This document shows, one piece after another, positions 36,573-49,825 of a stretch of DNA of 64,000 bases (positions within the stretch are counted from its first letter, which is position 1; every line of letters begins with the position of its first letter). A program made the translations under genes and the position numbers. The notes below the pieces were generated by a model. That model ran no database searches and had not been told where the DNA came from. It saw only the letters and a list, made by a program, of their open reading frames with translations. Source of the DNA: Phoronis australis (taxonomy: Eukaryota; Animalia; Phoronida); assembly GCA_002633005.1 (NCBI GenBank), contig NMRA01000056.1, positions 443,165 to 507,164 of the forward strand, read 5' to 3'.

Positions 36573-36745
36573 GTGATGGTGATGGTGATGGTGATGGTGA
36601 TGGTGATGGTGATGATGATGATAATTATAAAAAGGATGAGGATGATGAGTACGATGATAGTTATAATATCAATAATGATATCGATATTGAAAATAATAAC
36701 AACAATAAATTGGTAACAATGATGATGGTGATTATGATGATGACA
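35935..36745. repeat. Compound microsatellite block: (AAT)n, (GAT/GGT)n, (TACAA)n, (GAT)n(GGTGAT)n
   Basis: Read directly from the sequence; produces the poly-D/M/H/I/S ORFs in all frames. Confidence 0.95.
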
Positions 36746-39150
36746 ATCAAGGCCCAATACAACGAAAAACACGAAAATTAACACCGAGAGAGGAAGACTT
36801 GACAAAAATGATCGGAACAGTAGACAGTTGTTTAATAATAAAAATGAGCTTTTGCTGACTTTCTTGGATTCACGGAGTAGGGGACTGTCTCTTAGTCAGG
36901 AGACAAAGAGCTCATCTATTGAACCTTTATAATGGTTTCTTTTACTATACTTCACTCTAATTTTGAGGGTTAAGTGCTAAAATAACGATGCGTTTGAAAA
37001 GAGAATGACTTAGCGCATGCGCCTATACTGTAGGATGTTTGAAAAAAAAAACGAATATTGAAGCAGCGAATGGATGGGCTTAAATACGGATGTGTACGGT
37101 CATAAGCCAACAGGTAGTCTACTGGGACCGACGGAAAGGGCGACAAACATTCCAAGTAAGTAATGCTATGGAGTAACCAAAACTTAGCAATTGGAGCTTG
37201 AAAGGTATGGATTTTTGTACTTTCAGTGCCGCCCTTACGCCCGACAGTTACAGACGTTTATGAGACGTAGGGCCTACTCTAATACTGGAGGAACTTTTGT
37301 CGTTGTACTTGAAAGAATTCTTATAGTTAAAAGTCACCTGTTGTTTTGTTATTTCATTTAAAATTGGAAGATTGTGTTTCCCAGGAAGGCCCCTGGATCT
37401 AAAGCTAGGTCCGGAATAATTGTCCTCCTTGTTTTTCTACGATTCAGATAACGAAAGCATACTTCAGCAAGTTTTATCATATTTTGTGTTCGGTGTTCGC
37501 TGTATTAATTAAACACTGACGCGGTTAAAAAAATTCAGAAAAAATCCAAAGAAACGCCAACTGTTTGTGTTTTATTGGTGGAGAAGTATTAACAAATTTC
37601 CCGACAGGGAGAAAATGAGATCAACTTCACAACCTCGTCTACATAACCTTGACTAGTAGTTATTTGACGGGAGGCGCCGATGTGGGTCACATTTTAACAA
37701 AGACACATTTTAGTCCACCAGTGCATGTGTTTGGTTAAAAGGATATCAAACTCGGTTTTGGCCTCTGAAAAGATATTAAAAACGACTTTTACATCCCGTT
37801 AGGACTGAAGCAAAGTAATGCTCTGTAACCCGCTCGACAACCCTCAAAAGTTTGGAGCAAAATTCGAAAACTTCTTTTACGAGATCTGCTAAACAGGCAT
37901 GCGAGACCTACGCTTTAGACCAGTTACACAGCTGTAAGACCACCCACCAAGAACCATACTATCTTATTCCTGATATTAGTGAGTGTGAGATTATCGGTTT
38001 TTAGTTAAATCCTGTTTATATCACTCAACAAGGAAAGCCTTACATCATGGTACATTAGCAGGTGACTGGACCGTGATTGATTAAAATCACCAAAACTGGG
38101 TTTACTTTCATTTTAATGTCAAATTCTTTTCACAAAGACTGTAAAAACAATCAAATGGAGCTGTCTTGTCTGGTATATTTTTATTAACAAATAGCCCACG
38201 ATAAAAACACACATTTCAAAGTACAAAATTTTAAATTCATCCAGTTAAGTACAAAGTTCAACAACTGAGATTTGGTGCCTTGCTTACACTCGCCTTTTTT
38301 AAAAGTTGTGTTTGAGAATTAGTAATTTTCTACAAACCACACACTTGAGCAATTGACCTATCGCAAGGTCCGCCCCCTTGCGAAATGTCGACAAACAAAC
38401 AATAAGTTTTACCCGGCAACGTGTTGTTTGTCGGGTAAAATGGCGGCTTGGAAACGAAGGTGTGTCAAGAATGCTCGTTCTAATTGGTCACTTAAGCCGT
38501 CATTCAGAGTCCTGGCGACAGGCCAATTGTGTCAAGAGATCTAGAAAGATCTGCAACAACCACAAAGAACAATATTCAAAGTTATTCAAACAACACCTTA
38601 AAGAGACACTACTGTTGCACAGCCAAAAATAATTATTGGGATTAATACTACATAGACTTTCTGAAGTTATGAGCTTTCTTGACCAGAGGTATAAACCCAT
38701 TGTTTTGAATTTCATCAGAAATTGCCAATTCCCGTGGATGTCAGCTAGGCGGCATTCACTGAGGTCAAGGTCATTTACTTTACAAGTTAAACGTGCTTAA
38801 AAAAGCTCTGTTAATTATCAAGTGTGACTTAATTTGTCAGTAGTCTAAGAGCGTTTTGGCTGTGAAAGCGAACAGTCCAGGTTCACTGAGACTGATTTCC
38901 GGCAATCACCTTTCTCGCTGATATCACTTTAAAAAGCAATGGAATGTTCAGTAAATGCTCAAAGTTGCTGTAAACTAGTATTTCCTAAAAATTAACAATT
39001 GGTGTAGGCCACTTACTAGTGTGTAACTGATTTCAAATTATTCCTTACTCGGGTTATACAGAATTTCTGGACTTGGGTAAAACTTGCAGTTTTTATTGCT
39101 ACTAGAAAAAATGACTAAATGTAACAAAGCCTGGTCTCTAGCTAACAAAG

Positions 39151-39408
39151 CCAGGGGCCTGTTCCAAAAAACTGACTTACCTGGTAAGTTCATTTTTGAT
39201 TTAAGTCTAAAATTTGTCTCAACTTCCAAACTTTGAAACTTCCACATCCAGTAAGTTAATGAAAATTTAGACTTAAGTCAACAACTTACATCCCACTTAA
39301 TATTACGTTCTTGAAAATGACTAGAGACAAATTAAAGTTTTATCTTAAAATTGATCGAAATTGAAGATTTGTCTTAGCTAAGCCAGTTTCCTTGGAACAG
39401 GCCTCTGG
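39151..39408. mobile_element. Harbinger/PIF-like MITE
   Basis: TIR ccaggggcctgttccaa ... ttggaacaggcctctgg; second copy at about 49536-49825. Confidence 0.75.
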
Positions 39409-40163
39409 TCACGAAATGTCAGTTAAACCCAAGCCCAGAAATTCTAAGTTTTAAGCTGAGATAAGTTTTATAGCCGTAAGTGGTCTCAATCAGTAGTTAG
39501 TTTCTTTGACGAAGGTCCCAGGTTAACAGCAGCTTTGACGGAATAACCTTCACCAGTAAGCAGATGCAAAAATTTATGATACATACAAACGCTACGTAAC
39601 ATAATAAATCCGTGATATTCAAAACTTTTATCAGCTGTAAGAACAGTATAGAACAAAACTATTAAAAAATCAACATAGGAAATCTGAATTTCCATCAAAA
39701 CGTCATCAAGAACACTAAACTGAATCACAAGTAAAGTGTCACAAATTCATTCACTATTTTTCTTCACATTTCCATCATTATGCAGATGACTTCTATGAAG
39801 ACTGAAGAACTGCAGCATCAATCCAAAGATACAAAAGATCAACTTAAAGACTAGTATTAGAGATTGTGAACAGTCACTAGGAATCTACAGAATGAACATG
39901 GCAAACATAGACAAAGGAAGACATTTTACTTTTTCAGTACCAATGAAGCTGTTGGCAAATTCTGCATTGGTCCAGAGAATTTCGAGGTTATACACTACAA
40001 AACAAAAGTAATCGTACAAAATAATTTTCTCCTTCATGACGGGTTAATTCTGTTGGCGTAGACAAATTTTGCCTAACTCCGAGAAAATCTCTTGGTTTGA
40101 CCGGATCTGACAAATGCAAGTGAAGTTTCAATGTACAACTGGCCACATGATGTCTCTGAATCC

Positions 40164-40897
40164 CTACAGTTCATCGTGCGTCTCTGTGTTCTTAGACCTG
40201 TCAGCGACGTCGCGAATTTCAGGATGATACTCCTGCTCCACGTCATTCAACCGAAGATCGTCTTCCGTCAGATTTTCATCAAACTCTGCCTCCTTGAGCA
40301 GCGTGTTAATCATCTCCTCTGTGTTCTCATCCTCGCTGAACACCATGTCCATCTCTCCATCCTCGTTCAAGACCGTCTTATTACGATTCATCTCCTCGAT
40401 CTTGTTCAATATGCGGTCGCTCTCATCGCGCCGGGACTCGCGCGTCTGCTCAAACTCCTCGTCCGTCATCGATTCAAACTTGTCCTCTTCTTCCTCATGT
40501 TTTTCCTTGATCTGGAATCGCTTGCCTTCGATCGTTCGAATGTCCAGCATCTCCGCTTCTAATTGCTGATTGGCTTTGTTGTCTCCAGGCAACGTGTAGC
40601 GAAACTGGTTGTTGACAGAGAAAAGAAACTGCACAACGTGAGGGTAATCCAAGTCCCCCATCGTTTGACGATCAAATGCGATCGCGTTTACATCCGTTGA
40701 AAGACGACCATCAGAGGCCTTTGATGACTGGTCTCCTTTGATTACAAGGATGATTATGGTAGGGTACTCGAAGAACAGCGATTGGATGCCGAGGCTAGCC
40801 AAATCGTTCGTGGTCGGGTTTATGAGATGGGCAAAGTTGAAGTATTTATCAAAGCGAACAGCCAATGCTTTATTTAAACCACTCATTTCTGGCTCGT
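40164..40897 (-). CDS. ER-lumen thioredoxin-fold-like protein, exon 3 (acidic tail, HDEL)
   Basis: Acceptor TTCCAG at phase 1; long open frame ending THDEL*. Confidence 0.88.
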
Positions 40898-41982
40898 CTG
40901 GAATTAAAAGAAACAAAAATTGCTATCAGTGATTTAAGAAACTACAGTAACCCAGTTCAAGAGTATGAAATGAAAAATTTGACATCTTGAGGATGGATGG
41001 GGGAATGGCTAATGTATTGCCTACTTCACTGGCACCTTCAGACGTCGAAGTGTCATTTTGTTGCTGCCCATTTGACATCCCAAATACGAGCAAGAATTTT
41101 TAACCACACTAAGATACCATTGCCAATTTCAACATTTCAAATTGTCTCTTTTCTTTAATTTTCTACAATATTCCTGTGACAAATATTTATCCAATTACTT
41201 CTCAATGGTTTCAATTGCATGCTGTTCCTTTGATGGATACAAAAATTTACACCTGTTGCCCTCATCCTTGATTCACCAATAAAGAACCAGATGCCAGAGA
41301 CATACACCACTCTCTAATACCAATAGGCACAAGATTCGAGGCTAATACAATCAAACATGTCAAATGGCCTACTTTGAAACGGCATCTTGCAACATAGTGA
41401 TGACATATTGAAATACGCCGTGTAGTAGGATGTTTTGTGGGAAAATGAACAGCGCCACCTATAGTTTGGAAGATTTTAAGGTGCAAAGGGGTTTCAGTGT
41501 CTTTAAAAAAACTGTTTGCCATGCCGTCAAATTACCACGGTTATGTGGCGGGATACTCAACTGGCTCCTGCAAAAAAAGCCAGTGTCACAATTAATGTCT
41601 TTCAGAAATTCATATTGCTGACTGCAGCAGTCCTGATGAGCTATGGTATGAAATACCATTAAGGGTTCATTCATTCTCTTAGCATTTAAGATGCTACCAG
41701 TAAAAGCCACGGAATGTCTACAATGACTGCAGATTAACTTAGAAATCATTTTGAAAATGAAACCATTCTCTTGAGGAGCACAAATTTGAAAATTAATGAC
41801 GGATAATGACAATTCGTGCGACAATCTGCAAGCGCCAGTCAACTCCGATATTGAGTTTGTCAATTGAACAAAACAATGCAAATTTTAAGCTAAAAATATA
41901 TCTCGGGTAGAATGCATTAAATTTAAGCTGGTGTGAGTCCAACCTTTCACTACTTGATGACGTACTTCTTAACCTAACAGTG

Positions 41983-42115
41983 CATAGGCAGACCCCCCTT
42001 TTTTCTTGATTTTAGTGATATCAAATCTAGAATTTTCAAATTGTTGACTTGGATCCCCCTTTTTAAAAAACCCTTGATCTAACTCCCCTTTCAAAAAATC
42101 CTGGATCTTCCCCTA
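41983..42115 (-). mobile_element. MITE with 5-bp TSD (CAGTG), 11 nt from a splice donor
   Basis: CATAGGCAGA ... GATCTTCCCCTA; CAGTG at 41978-41982 and 42116-42120; homolog at 29339. Confidence 0.8.
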
Positions 42116-42128
42116 CAGTGTTAATTAC

Positions 42129-42348
42129 CTGTCAAGACGATCGCTGGAAATCGTGAAGGTGAGGAGCTATACGAGTCCAGAAGAAACTCTCGGAGATTAG
42201 CCGTGTTTAACTTCTGAATCTTGTTGGGAATTGACTTGATTGCCGCTTGTCGTGCTTCCATTGGAGATTTAACGTCCACAGCATTATTTACTTTGAATAT
42301 GTGATCTCCATGAGGAAACACTCTGGCGTGGTACTCGGTGCTGAATTT
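42129..42348 (-). CDS. ER-lumen thioredoxin-fold-like protein, exon 2
   Basis: ATTCAG|KFSTEYHARVFPHG...IQKLNTANLREFL...AIVLT|GTAAT; phase 0 to 1 links exons 1 and 3. Confidence 0.85.
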
Positions 42349-44039
42349 CTGAATTAAAGAATCAGTAAACAGAGGTTGTTGAAGCCGCCGTGAACCCGCC
42401 GTCTGTTAAACAAACTATGGGGAAATCTCACAAATTTTGGACAAACATAATTGAGAAAACTGATCTGTTTTTAATTTTCAAAAGCTTTGAAAATTAATAC
42501 CCATAATTTCTCCAAACATTGCTTGGTGATACCTAAGGTGTAGAACATAAGAATGATGAAGCAGTGGTACTTAACTTAAATTATGAAAAAAAAAACAAAA
42601 AATAAAATTTCAATTGTCTGCCAAACTTGGTTTTATATTGGAGACATTTTACCATAACCTTTGATTTAGACTGGAACGAAAATGGTCTAAAATTATTCCT
42701 TAAAGTTATGTAAGACCTTATGGACAAGTATATTTTGCAAAATATCTACAAAAGTTTAGATTTTAACTCAGTAAAAGCATCCGTATTCTGAACGTAGAAA
42801 GCCCAGTAGAATTTGATTTTTACCTTTTATAAACCTGCTCTTAATTGGATCATGTGACCATGCCTTTTCAGTACAATTTAACAAAAAGAAAGCTACATTT
42901 ATAGGCAAAACAACAATACCAATGAAACGACAAATTTCATTTGATATAAGCTTCAAGATGAAGTTTAAAAAGCACTATTTTTTTAATTATCATTTGTCCT
43001 CTTATGCAACTTGTAATATTTTTCACACCGACCATAAAAATTCTATTCGTAATACCCCTCATGCAAAAGTGGAATGCTTAAAAAACAATTCCTAACACTG
43101 CACTTTGCAGAACAGTGAATAAAACAGTATCTAAAAGTTTCATATAAACTGTATCAGCCATTTCGGACATTAAATTATTGTTTTAAAATTTTTAAACAGC
43201 ATATTTTAATAGTTCATGAAAAGTGCACTTGGTAGGGTTGTTTGAATTTTGGAAATCGTGCAAGAAATGTGATTTTAACAACCTAAAACTTTTAAAATGT
43301 TGTCATATTATGTTCTTCATTAATTCTGCTGGGTGTGCAACTTAATCAGGCCAATTACCAAACCACCAGGCAGCAGTTGGATTTTGAGGTAAGCCAAGTG
43401 TCATCATGCTATTCTTGGCATGTTCCTACCCAGATATATGGGCCCTCCCAATTAGATTTAAGCCCACAAATATTGACTAAGCCACACCCTGTAACAAAAA
43501 TGATGCAGTATTGAGTCAAATTTCCCCACATCAAAAGGAAGTTGCCGTGCCATCTAGTATTTAGGTCAGGAACCCGTCAGAATCAAGTGCAGCCTCAAAG
43601 GGAGAGCAGTAGAGTTTACAACACCAGTGTCACCTTTTGTCAAAAAATTGAAACTTAAACATGACTTTATTGACAGGTCTAATATCCAAAAATTTATAGA
43701 TTATAACTCAGTAGAAGTACATTCTTTGAAAGTAGAAATCCTGTAGAATTTGATTTTTTACTAGATCCCCAAACAACTATAATTTTTAAGACATGTTACC
43801 TTGTGCTTTTACTAAAATTTAGCAATTAATTATCACGTACAGGCATGCATATTCAGTCACCCAATTTTTCCAACTTACTTTATATAGACGCTGGCCAACA
43901 AAGCAGGAATGACTGCCCAGTTAAATCAAAATTCTGTAGTGACATCACATCAATACCTAATAACACATCACCAGTGCACTGTCACTGGACCAACTACTAA
44001 ACTGTTTTTTCCTATAGAACTTAAATAATAAGAACCATG

Positions 44040-44218
44040 CAGGGGCAGATCCAGGATTTTGAGTTGGGGGGGGGGGGGGCAGGNGGGGCAGGGCAGAGTA
44101 TTAGCCAGGTTTTTGCCCGCCAGACATTCACACCCCCCAGTACTGCCAAACGGAATCTGGGATAATTTTAGGGGGGCCATGGCCCCCTTGGCTTCCTCCC
44201 CCCTGAAATCTGCCACTG
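44040..44218 (-). mobile_element. MITE with 5-bp TSD (CCATG)
   Basis: CAGGGGCAGATCC ... AATCTGCCACTG; CCATG at 44035-44039 and 44219-44223; homolog of 2340-2492. Confidence 0.85.
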
Positions 44219-44441
44219 CCATGGTGCAAATAAGAAAGGTCCTGATTTGCAAACCACCATTGGTGACCTCTTCATCCGCTGCACTGGGCTTTACTGACTT
44301 GGTTCTCTTCACTACTCAGAATCTGGAATCATTAGTACATCTGACCACACAGTAAAAATCAATTCCCTAGTACCATGACTGTACATGACATTGCTAACTC
44401 AAACCGACTCCTGCTCCCACAGTAAGGCTTATTATACTTAC

Positions 44442-44759
44442 CAAGGACCTCAGTAGTCCGTGCTCTTTCGTTTTATCTATCATACCCAACCAAAAGTGCC
44501 CCCTGGAGGTCGCTGCCATTGTTTTCCAACTTCTTGTCATGGTCCCATCATGTATAATCACAACCCACGTTTCCAGCGAATCGAGGACGACTTTGGAGAA
44601 ATTGCCGGTGGTCAAAATCGCTATATCAGAAAACCTTTCGTTGGGCGGGAAGTCGGGGTTTGCTTCAAACGACGACTGTGCATCGGGCATTTTGATGTCC
44701 AGAGCCGATGTGACCATCAAAAGTGTTGGAATCAGGGAAGAAACACATATGAATTTCAT
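44442..44759 (-). CDS. ER-lumen thioredoxin-fold-like protein, exon 1 (signal peptide)
   Basis: MKFICVSSLIPTLLMVTSA signal peptide; ILTTGNFSKVVLDSLETWVV resembles the PDI a-domain start (LT..NF...V......WLV) but has no CXXC; donor TTG|GTAAG. Confidence 0.88.
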
Positions 44760-45224
44760 GTCTGGAAGTTTGAGCGGGCGTTCTAAACTAACTAAGCGTA
44801 CCCAAACTCAAAGACTCAAGATCCGGATCTCAATAGGCTACGTGTCTCTGTACGAGTGGTGCACTGCACCGCATTGTCAACACATTGGTCAAAAGTTTGG
44901 TCTGAATAGACATCCGGGTGCGTTTAACTTTGACCCAGTTGAGCTGTGCGATGCAATCCTTATTTTCAACAAACAGGCAACCTTTGCAATGCGATCGATC
45001 CTGCTTTTCTCGGTGATTGTCTCACGCACGCCTTACTAGAATTACCTTAACAACACAAAATTGATATTAATCATTGGGAATTCACAAAACAGCATTTTTG
45101 TAAACAACAACATACGGGTAATTTCGCACGCGACTCTCGGTGAATACCGCCATTTTGTAGCTGTAGAGCATTGCACAGAAATCTATCCTCTCAATCTTTC
45201 CTGTCATTTCTCGAGATTACAACC
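44760..45224. promoter_or_regulatory. Candidate bidirectional promoter
   Basis: CpG-enriched 465-bp interval between divergent ATGs; YY1-type CCGCCATTTT at 45147-45156. Confidence 0.5.
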
Positions 45225-45232
45225 ATGGATCG
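45225..45232 (+). CDS. Probable 8-nt first coding exon (MD-R) of a + strand gene with a long first intron
   Basis: Kozak-like aaccATGG followed by GATCG|GTGAGT, a consensus donor; no downstream exon confidently found in the window. Confidence 0.45.
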
Positions 45233-48200
45233 GTGAGTAATCGTTCTTTTCTTCCTTCCAAATTCTTACACATTCTCACAGACCTGTGTTCCTGCGTTCT
45301 ATTGTCTTACACCCCATTTCCATGCTTGATGTTAACAGGTTGCTATGTTTTAATTCAAGACTACGTCGCCGTACTATCGCGTAGTATCGCCAGTATCGGT
45401 AATGTCGTTCCGCGGGTTTCACTTTCACTGTCATTGAAGTGAAGCCAATAGGTATCGAAGTTTCGAGGTCAAGAAAGAAAACTGATTTCGTTCGGTTCAA
45501 ATGATTAAGAATTACTCATCGACGATGCCTATTTCTTAGCACACAATATTGTAGGCCTAATGGTAATGCCAGGTAATGGGCAGGGGCAGGTATCTTTTCC
45601 AAATCAGGGTCGATGTACACACCTGGAAAATGGAAAAATGATACCCATATTTATACTAAGAGTGTACTCCATGTCTATGTCTATTGAATGAGGGTTTATC
45701 ACTTGACCTATATTTATCATATGGAAATGTCTACCCAAATTATATGAAGTTGGTCCACCAAACTCTTCTCAAATCATAGTTGGTCTACAATTGATGCCCA
45801 CATAGGGAGATGTCAATAACAATTGATTGAAAATATGCTAACACCAGAAAGCCAAATAAATTCAGAGGTATGTCATTTAATAGGATTTATATGTTTGTTT
45901 AATCTTTTACATGTACAATTAAGTTGAGTCCAATTCTATTACCAATTTACTTTGCCACATGCTAAAAACTGACTGTTGCCAGCCACATTCTTATGCATGC
46001 CGCAACTTGTTTTGGTTGCATATTAATGACAAAAACACTAAAAGAGGTAGACATAGTTTGTTCAGTGAATTTGTATTTATTATTTGCAGGTAATTGTTTC
46101 CTATTTAGTATGATTTATTTTATCAGTCAAAAGTAAATTAGATGAGCATTCTCATTAGGGTGTCGTCGCTCTACCGCTTTTTCACAGGGCGTAGCGCTCA
46201 AGGCTTTCAGTTTGATTTTCCCATTAATTCAGTGACGGTACTTTTTATGATGTATGGAATGCCCAAAGGCAAACTGCTACTGGTATTGTTTTCTAGGTCT
46301 TTGTGAAAGATGGAATTTGGTTGCTACCTTGGATTGCTGGGTATGCTGATTTTTTTAAATCGCATCCGTATTTAGGTGCACAAAGTGTAATCGTAACAAA
46401 ATTTATAGCAAGCAGAAGTAGTGGTCTCCCATCCCTTTTTTGTAGCCAAGTAATGCGAGCTGACATGCCTAATTTACAAAAAAAACAAACAAATGGCACC
46501 CATCTCAGTCTCATGTGCCCACAACCGTTAAGGATTATATTGTCTGCCATTCATAGGAGCAGCAGTGTTGAACAGTGTTGACTTTCAGTTAATAGTGTTA
46601 TGCCTGCAATATCTAGCAACGTGATCTTGACACTTGCACCTGCTGGACATAGGCGACATTTTGTTCTATATTAAGCCCAAAAGATTGCACAACTGATTCT
46701 TGTCTGTGCCCTACTCTTTTGAAAACCTGCATATGTCGCAGAGTTTGCACCAGGTGGCGCTGGGTAAAAACCAATCCTGGCCCATTTCAGCTGTCACTAG
46801 GTGGTGCTGGGAGTAAACATACTTTAAAAAAGGAAGGATCACTGGGCTTGGAATTTTCCTCTTTTAATAGGTTTACCTCAAATTTTTGGTTTCAATTTCG
46901 TCTGATTTGATTTCCAGTTTTCTCTATTTTTGTCTCCTTTTTATCATTATTTTGACATTAATGCAAAAACTTATATTTCTGCTGTTAAATTTGTACAGTA
47001 TAAAAATATTTCTGTCACGCAAGCCTATTTATTTGTGGACCGATACATCACCTGGAAAATTTTCCTCTTTTTTTCACATTGGTCATTCCAAGCCTTGGGA
47101 TCTAGAATCAGGTCATAGTGCGACGGGTGACACTGAAAAAATAGACAAAAAGAAGGAACCTGATCCATTTCGACTGGAATCGGGTGACTTTTTCTTATGA
47201 AAGAATAGCCAACTAAAATACCGCATGACCACATCAATTTGAAAAAAATGGAACTGAACGTGCTGTTTTCTTTGGCTTAATTAGACTGTCCATGTAAAGT
47301 TAGATACAAAACAGAATAAAATGACCCTTTTAAGGCTATGTCCTGGAGCTAATGATTCAGGGAGGTGAAGTCCTATAACATTAAAAATGATCTTGATAGT
47401 CCATCATTACCTGTCACAATAACAGTAAGTTATATTTGCTTATAATTAACGTTACTTACAATTCAGACAAAACACATTATTGTGATATCACGTCTGTGGC
47501 AACTTATTTCACGATTCAACACACTCCCTTGGGATGCAGATATTGGATATTGATTTGATGATTGTCACCTGTATTATATGGTAGTATCCACTCTCCCGTA
47601 AAAGTGACAACTAAGACTAGTTTTATAAAAATATTAAAGAGTTTGTTGACTGAACTTTTTCTCATACTGAAAGAAGTCAAGTGTGAGTAATGGTTTTGCC
47701 ATTGAGCTGCAAAGGTCAGAGCTGTGTTCCTCAAGGCTAGTATTGGATGAGTCGCATGCTATCATGGTGGATTGCAAACAAAGCACGGGATCTCATTAGC
47801 TTTTTAGTGGTAGGAACTTGACGAAACGTCCTATTTTGGTCCAGGGGAGTGGCTATCCTATAAGCGAGGTGGTGGGATCCACAATTATAGATCTGCTATA
47901 TAACAGACTTCATAACCCCAGCACCATCATGGCCTCCAGTGCCAAGATTACCAAACTTAATGGTCAGGACCTCCACAGAAAACGGGGACACGATCCTCCA
48001 ACAGCATGATCCCTCAAGTTTAACGAAGTTGTGCATTACAGAACGCTTTGAAACCAGTATAAAAACGCTGGTGGTGGCTGGTCTGTAGGTTTTATTGGTC
48101 GATTGAGCTAAGTTTGTCCCAATTTTTCTGCAAGAAATTGGTTCGTCAAGGATTTCAGCATGTCCATGACCAATAGTAGTGCAGTATGCTCCTATGGCGA

Positions 48201-49535
48201 GATGGTTCTATGATGAAGCTTTTGTGTCTTTTGTTACTTCTAAGTTTTTTATTCTAGACCGGTCATTCTAACTGGGATGTCTAGATTGGAGCCATTCGGA
48301 CGCCATAGACACCATCTAGACGAGGGTCTGTTAAGAAAATGTTAGTCTTCTCTGACATTAATTCGTTTGAGTTTGAACTGTGTAGATGTCATAAAGCAAT
48401 GTTTGGTGAAGCTCCCGTTATTTGCAGCAAAGTTAACACGCTATCAGCTTTTGATGAGTTGAAATATGTTGATTTTAACAAAAAAATTGCGAAATAAGAG
48501 GGGAAGTACTGAACACATTTCAACTTATTCTTGGAAAAGAAAGATGTATCGCAGTATAACATTGAGCCATTATGTTTTTGTCTATGCTAATTAGAAACTA
48601 ACGATGACCGGTTATATATGTAGCACCTGAACCCCCTAGCCTCAAGCCTTGTCTGTTCCGACCTTCTTTTATGTGTCACTATACTGCTATCATGCTCGAC
48701 TCTTCAACTCGACTCGCTGAAACCTGTCTTTCGTCTTTTCTTAAAAGTCGACGGCGAGAAGAAATCCGGGCAGCTGTGAACACCTTTGCTGGACCAGTTG
48801 AGCCTGTGTGATGTTGACAATATTGAGATAATAATAATAAATTATGTTAACTGATTCAAGTGACGTTTTTTTTTGTTTGTAGAGCTGCAACTGCTTTACT
48901 GTTTTGTTGAAACAGTTGAGACATGGAGGGAATTTGTGTCAATGTTTAATTTCCAGGCCGTGCAAATACATTTGCATTTTCCACTCGTTTTACAGGGTTC
49001 AGTTGAAGGGAGTGTTGGTCGAAATTGGTTAATGTTAAAAACTAGTCCAAATTCTGCAATTAAAGCCCCACACAGTGCCCTGGTTGAAAGCCATTGTTTT
49101 GGATTGTATTTTGTGATGGAATCCTTTGTTTTTTAATTACGGCGAGTTAGTTTTCCCAATGGCTCGGAGTAAAATTATTGATAGATTGGAGGTCTTTAAT
49201 TCCTGCAATACAAAGATTCACCACCGCCAACTAATTTCCAGTTTGAAGTTTGCGATTTTGGCTTGACCTAATTAGTGCTTCGTGAGACTTTAGTGCGAGA
49301 TTGCACGTGATCTGCATGTTCAAGTAGATTTCATGAGCAGTATGTCCTGTTAGACCAGGGTCATGGTAGAACTTTTCATCGCCAGCAATATTGGCAACAC
49401 AAAATGGTATCATGTGGGTTGGTTGTTATAAAAATTATATTGCATGTGCTGGTTCAATGACACAGTTTATCGCTGATTAAAAATTGCAAGGCCTTCCATG
49501 TGCACTGGTCCTTGAACTGTCTCAGACTTACTTTT

Positions 49536-49825
49536 AAGAAACTGGCTTAAGTTCATTTTTGACTTACATCTGATTTGTCTCAACTTCCGAACTTTGAAAC
49601 TTCCACATCCGTTAAGTTAGTTGAACTTAAGACAAAACATAACGGATGTGGAAGTTAAGTTTTTGACTTAAGTTAGTCGAACTTAAGACAAAACTTAAGT
49701 CAAAAACTTAAGTCAAATGATCACTTCTTCAAACGGACTTCAGACAAGTTGAAGTTTTATCTTAAAATTGGCTTGAATTTAAGATTTGTCCTGGCTTAGT
49801 CAAGTTTTCTTGGAACAGGTCCCTG
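49536..49825. mobile_element. Harbinger/PIF-like MITE, second copy
   Basis: Matches 39170-39408; right TIR ttggaacaggtccctg; internal palindrome acttccacatccgtta/taacggatgtggaagt. Confidence 0.75.

Noticed and set aside
35919-36805. Poly-Asp/Met/His/Ile ORFs (possible biomineralisation protein)
   Set aside because: Microsatellite-derived in all frames; no signal peptide or splice support.
38437-38446. YY1-like AAAATGGCGG suggesting a gene start
   Set aside because: No convincing ORF or splice donor follows; it may be repeat-derived.
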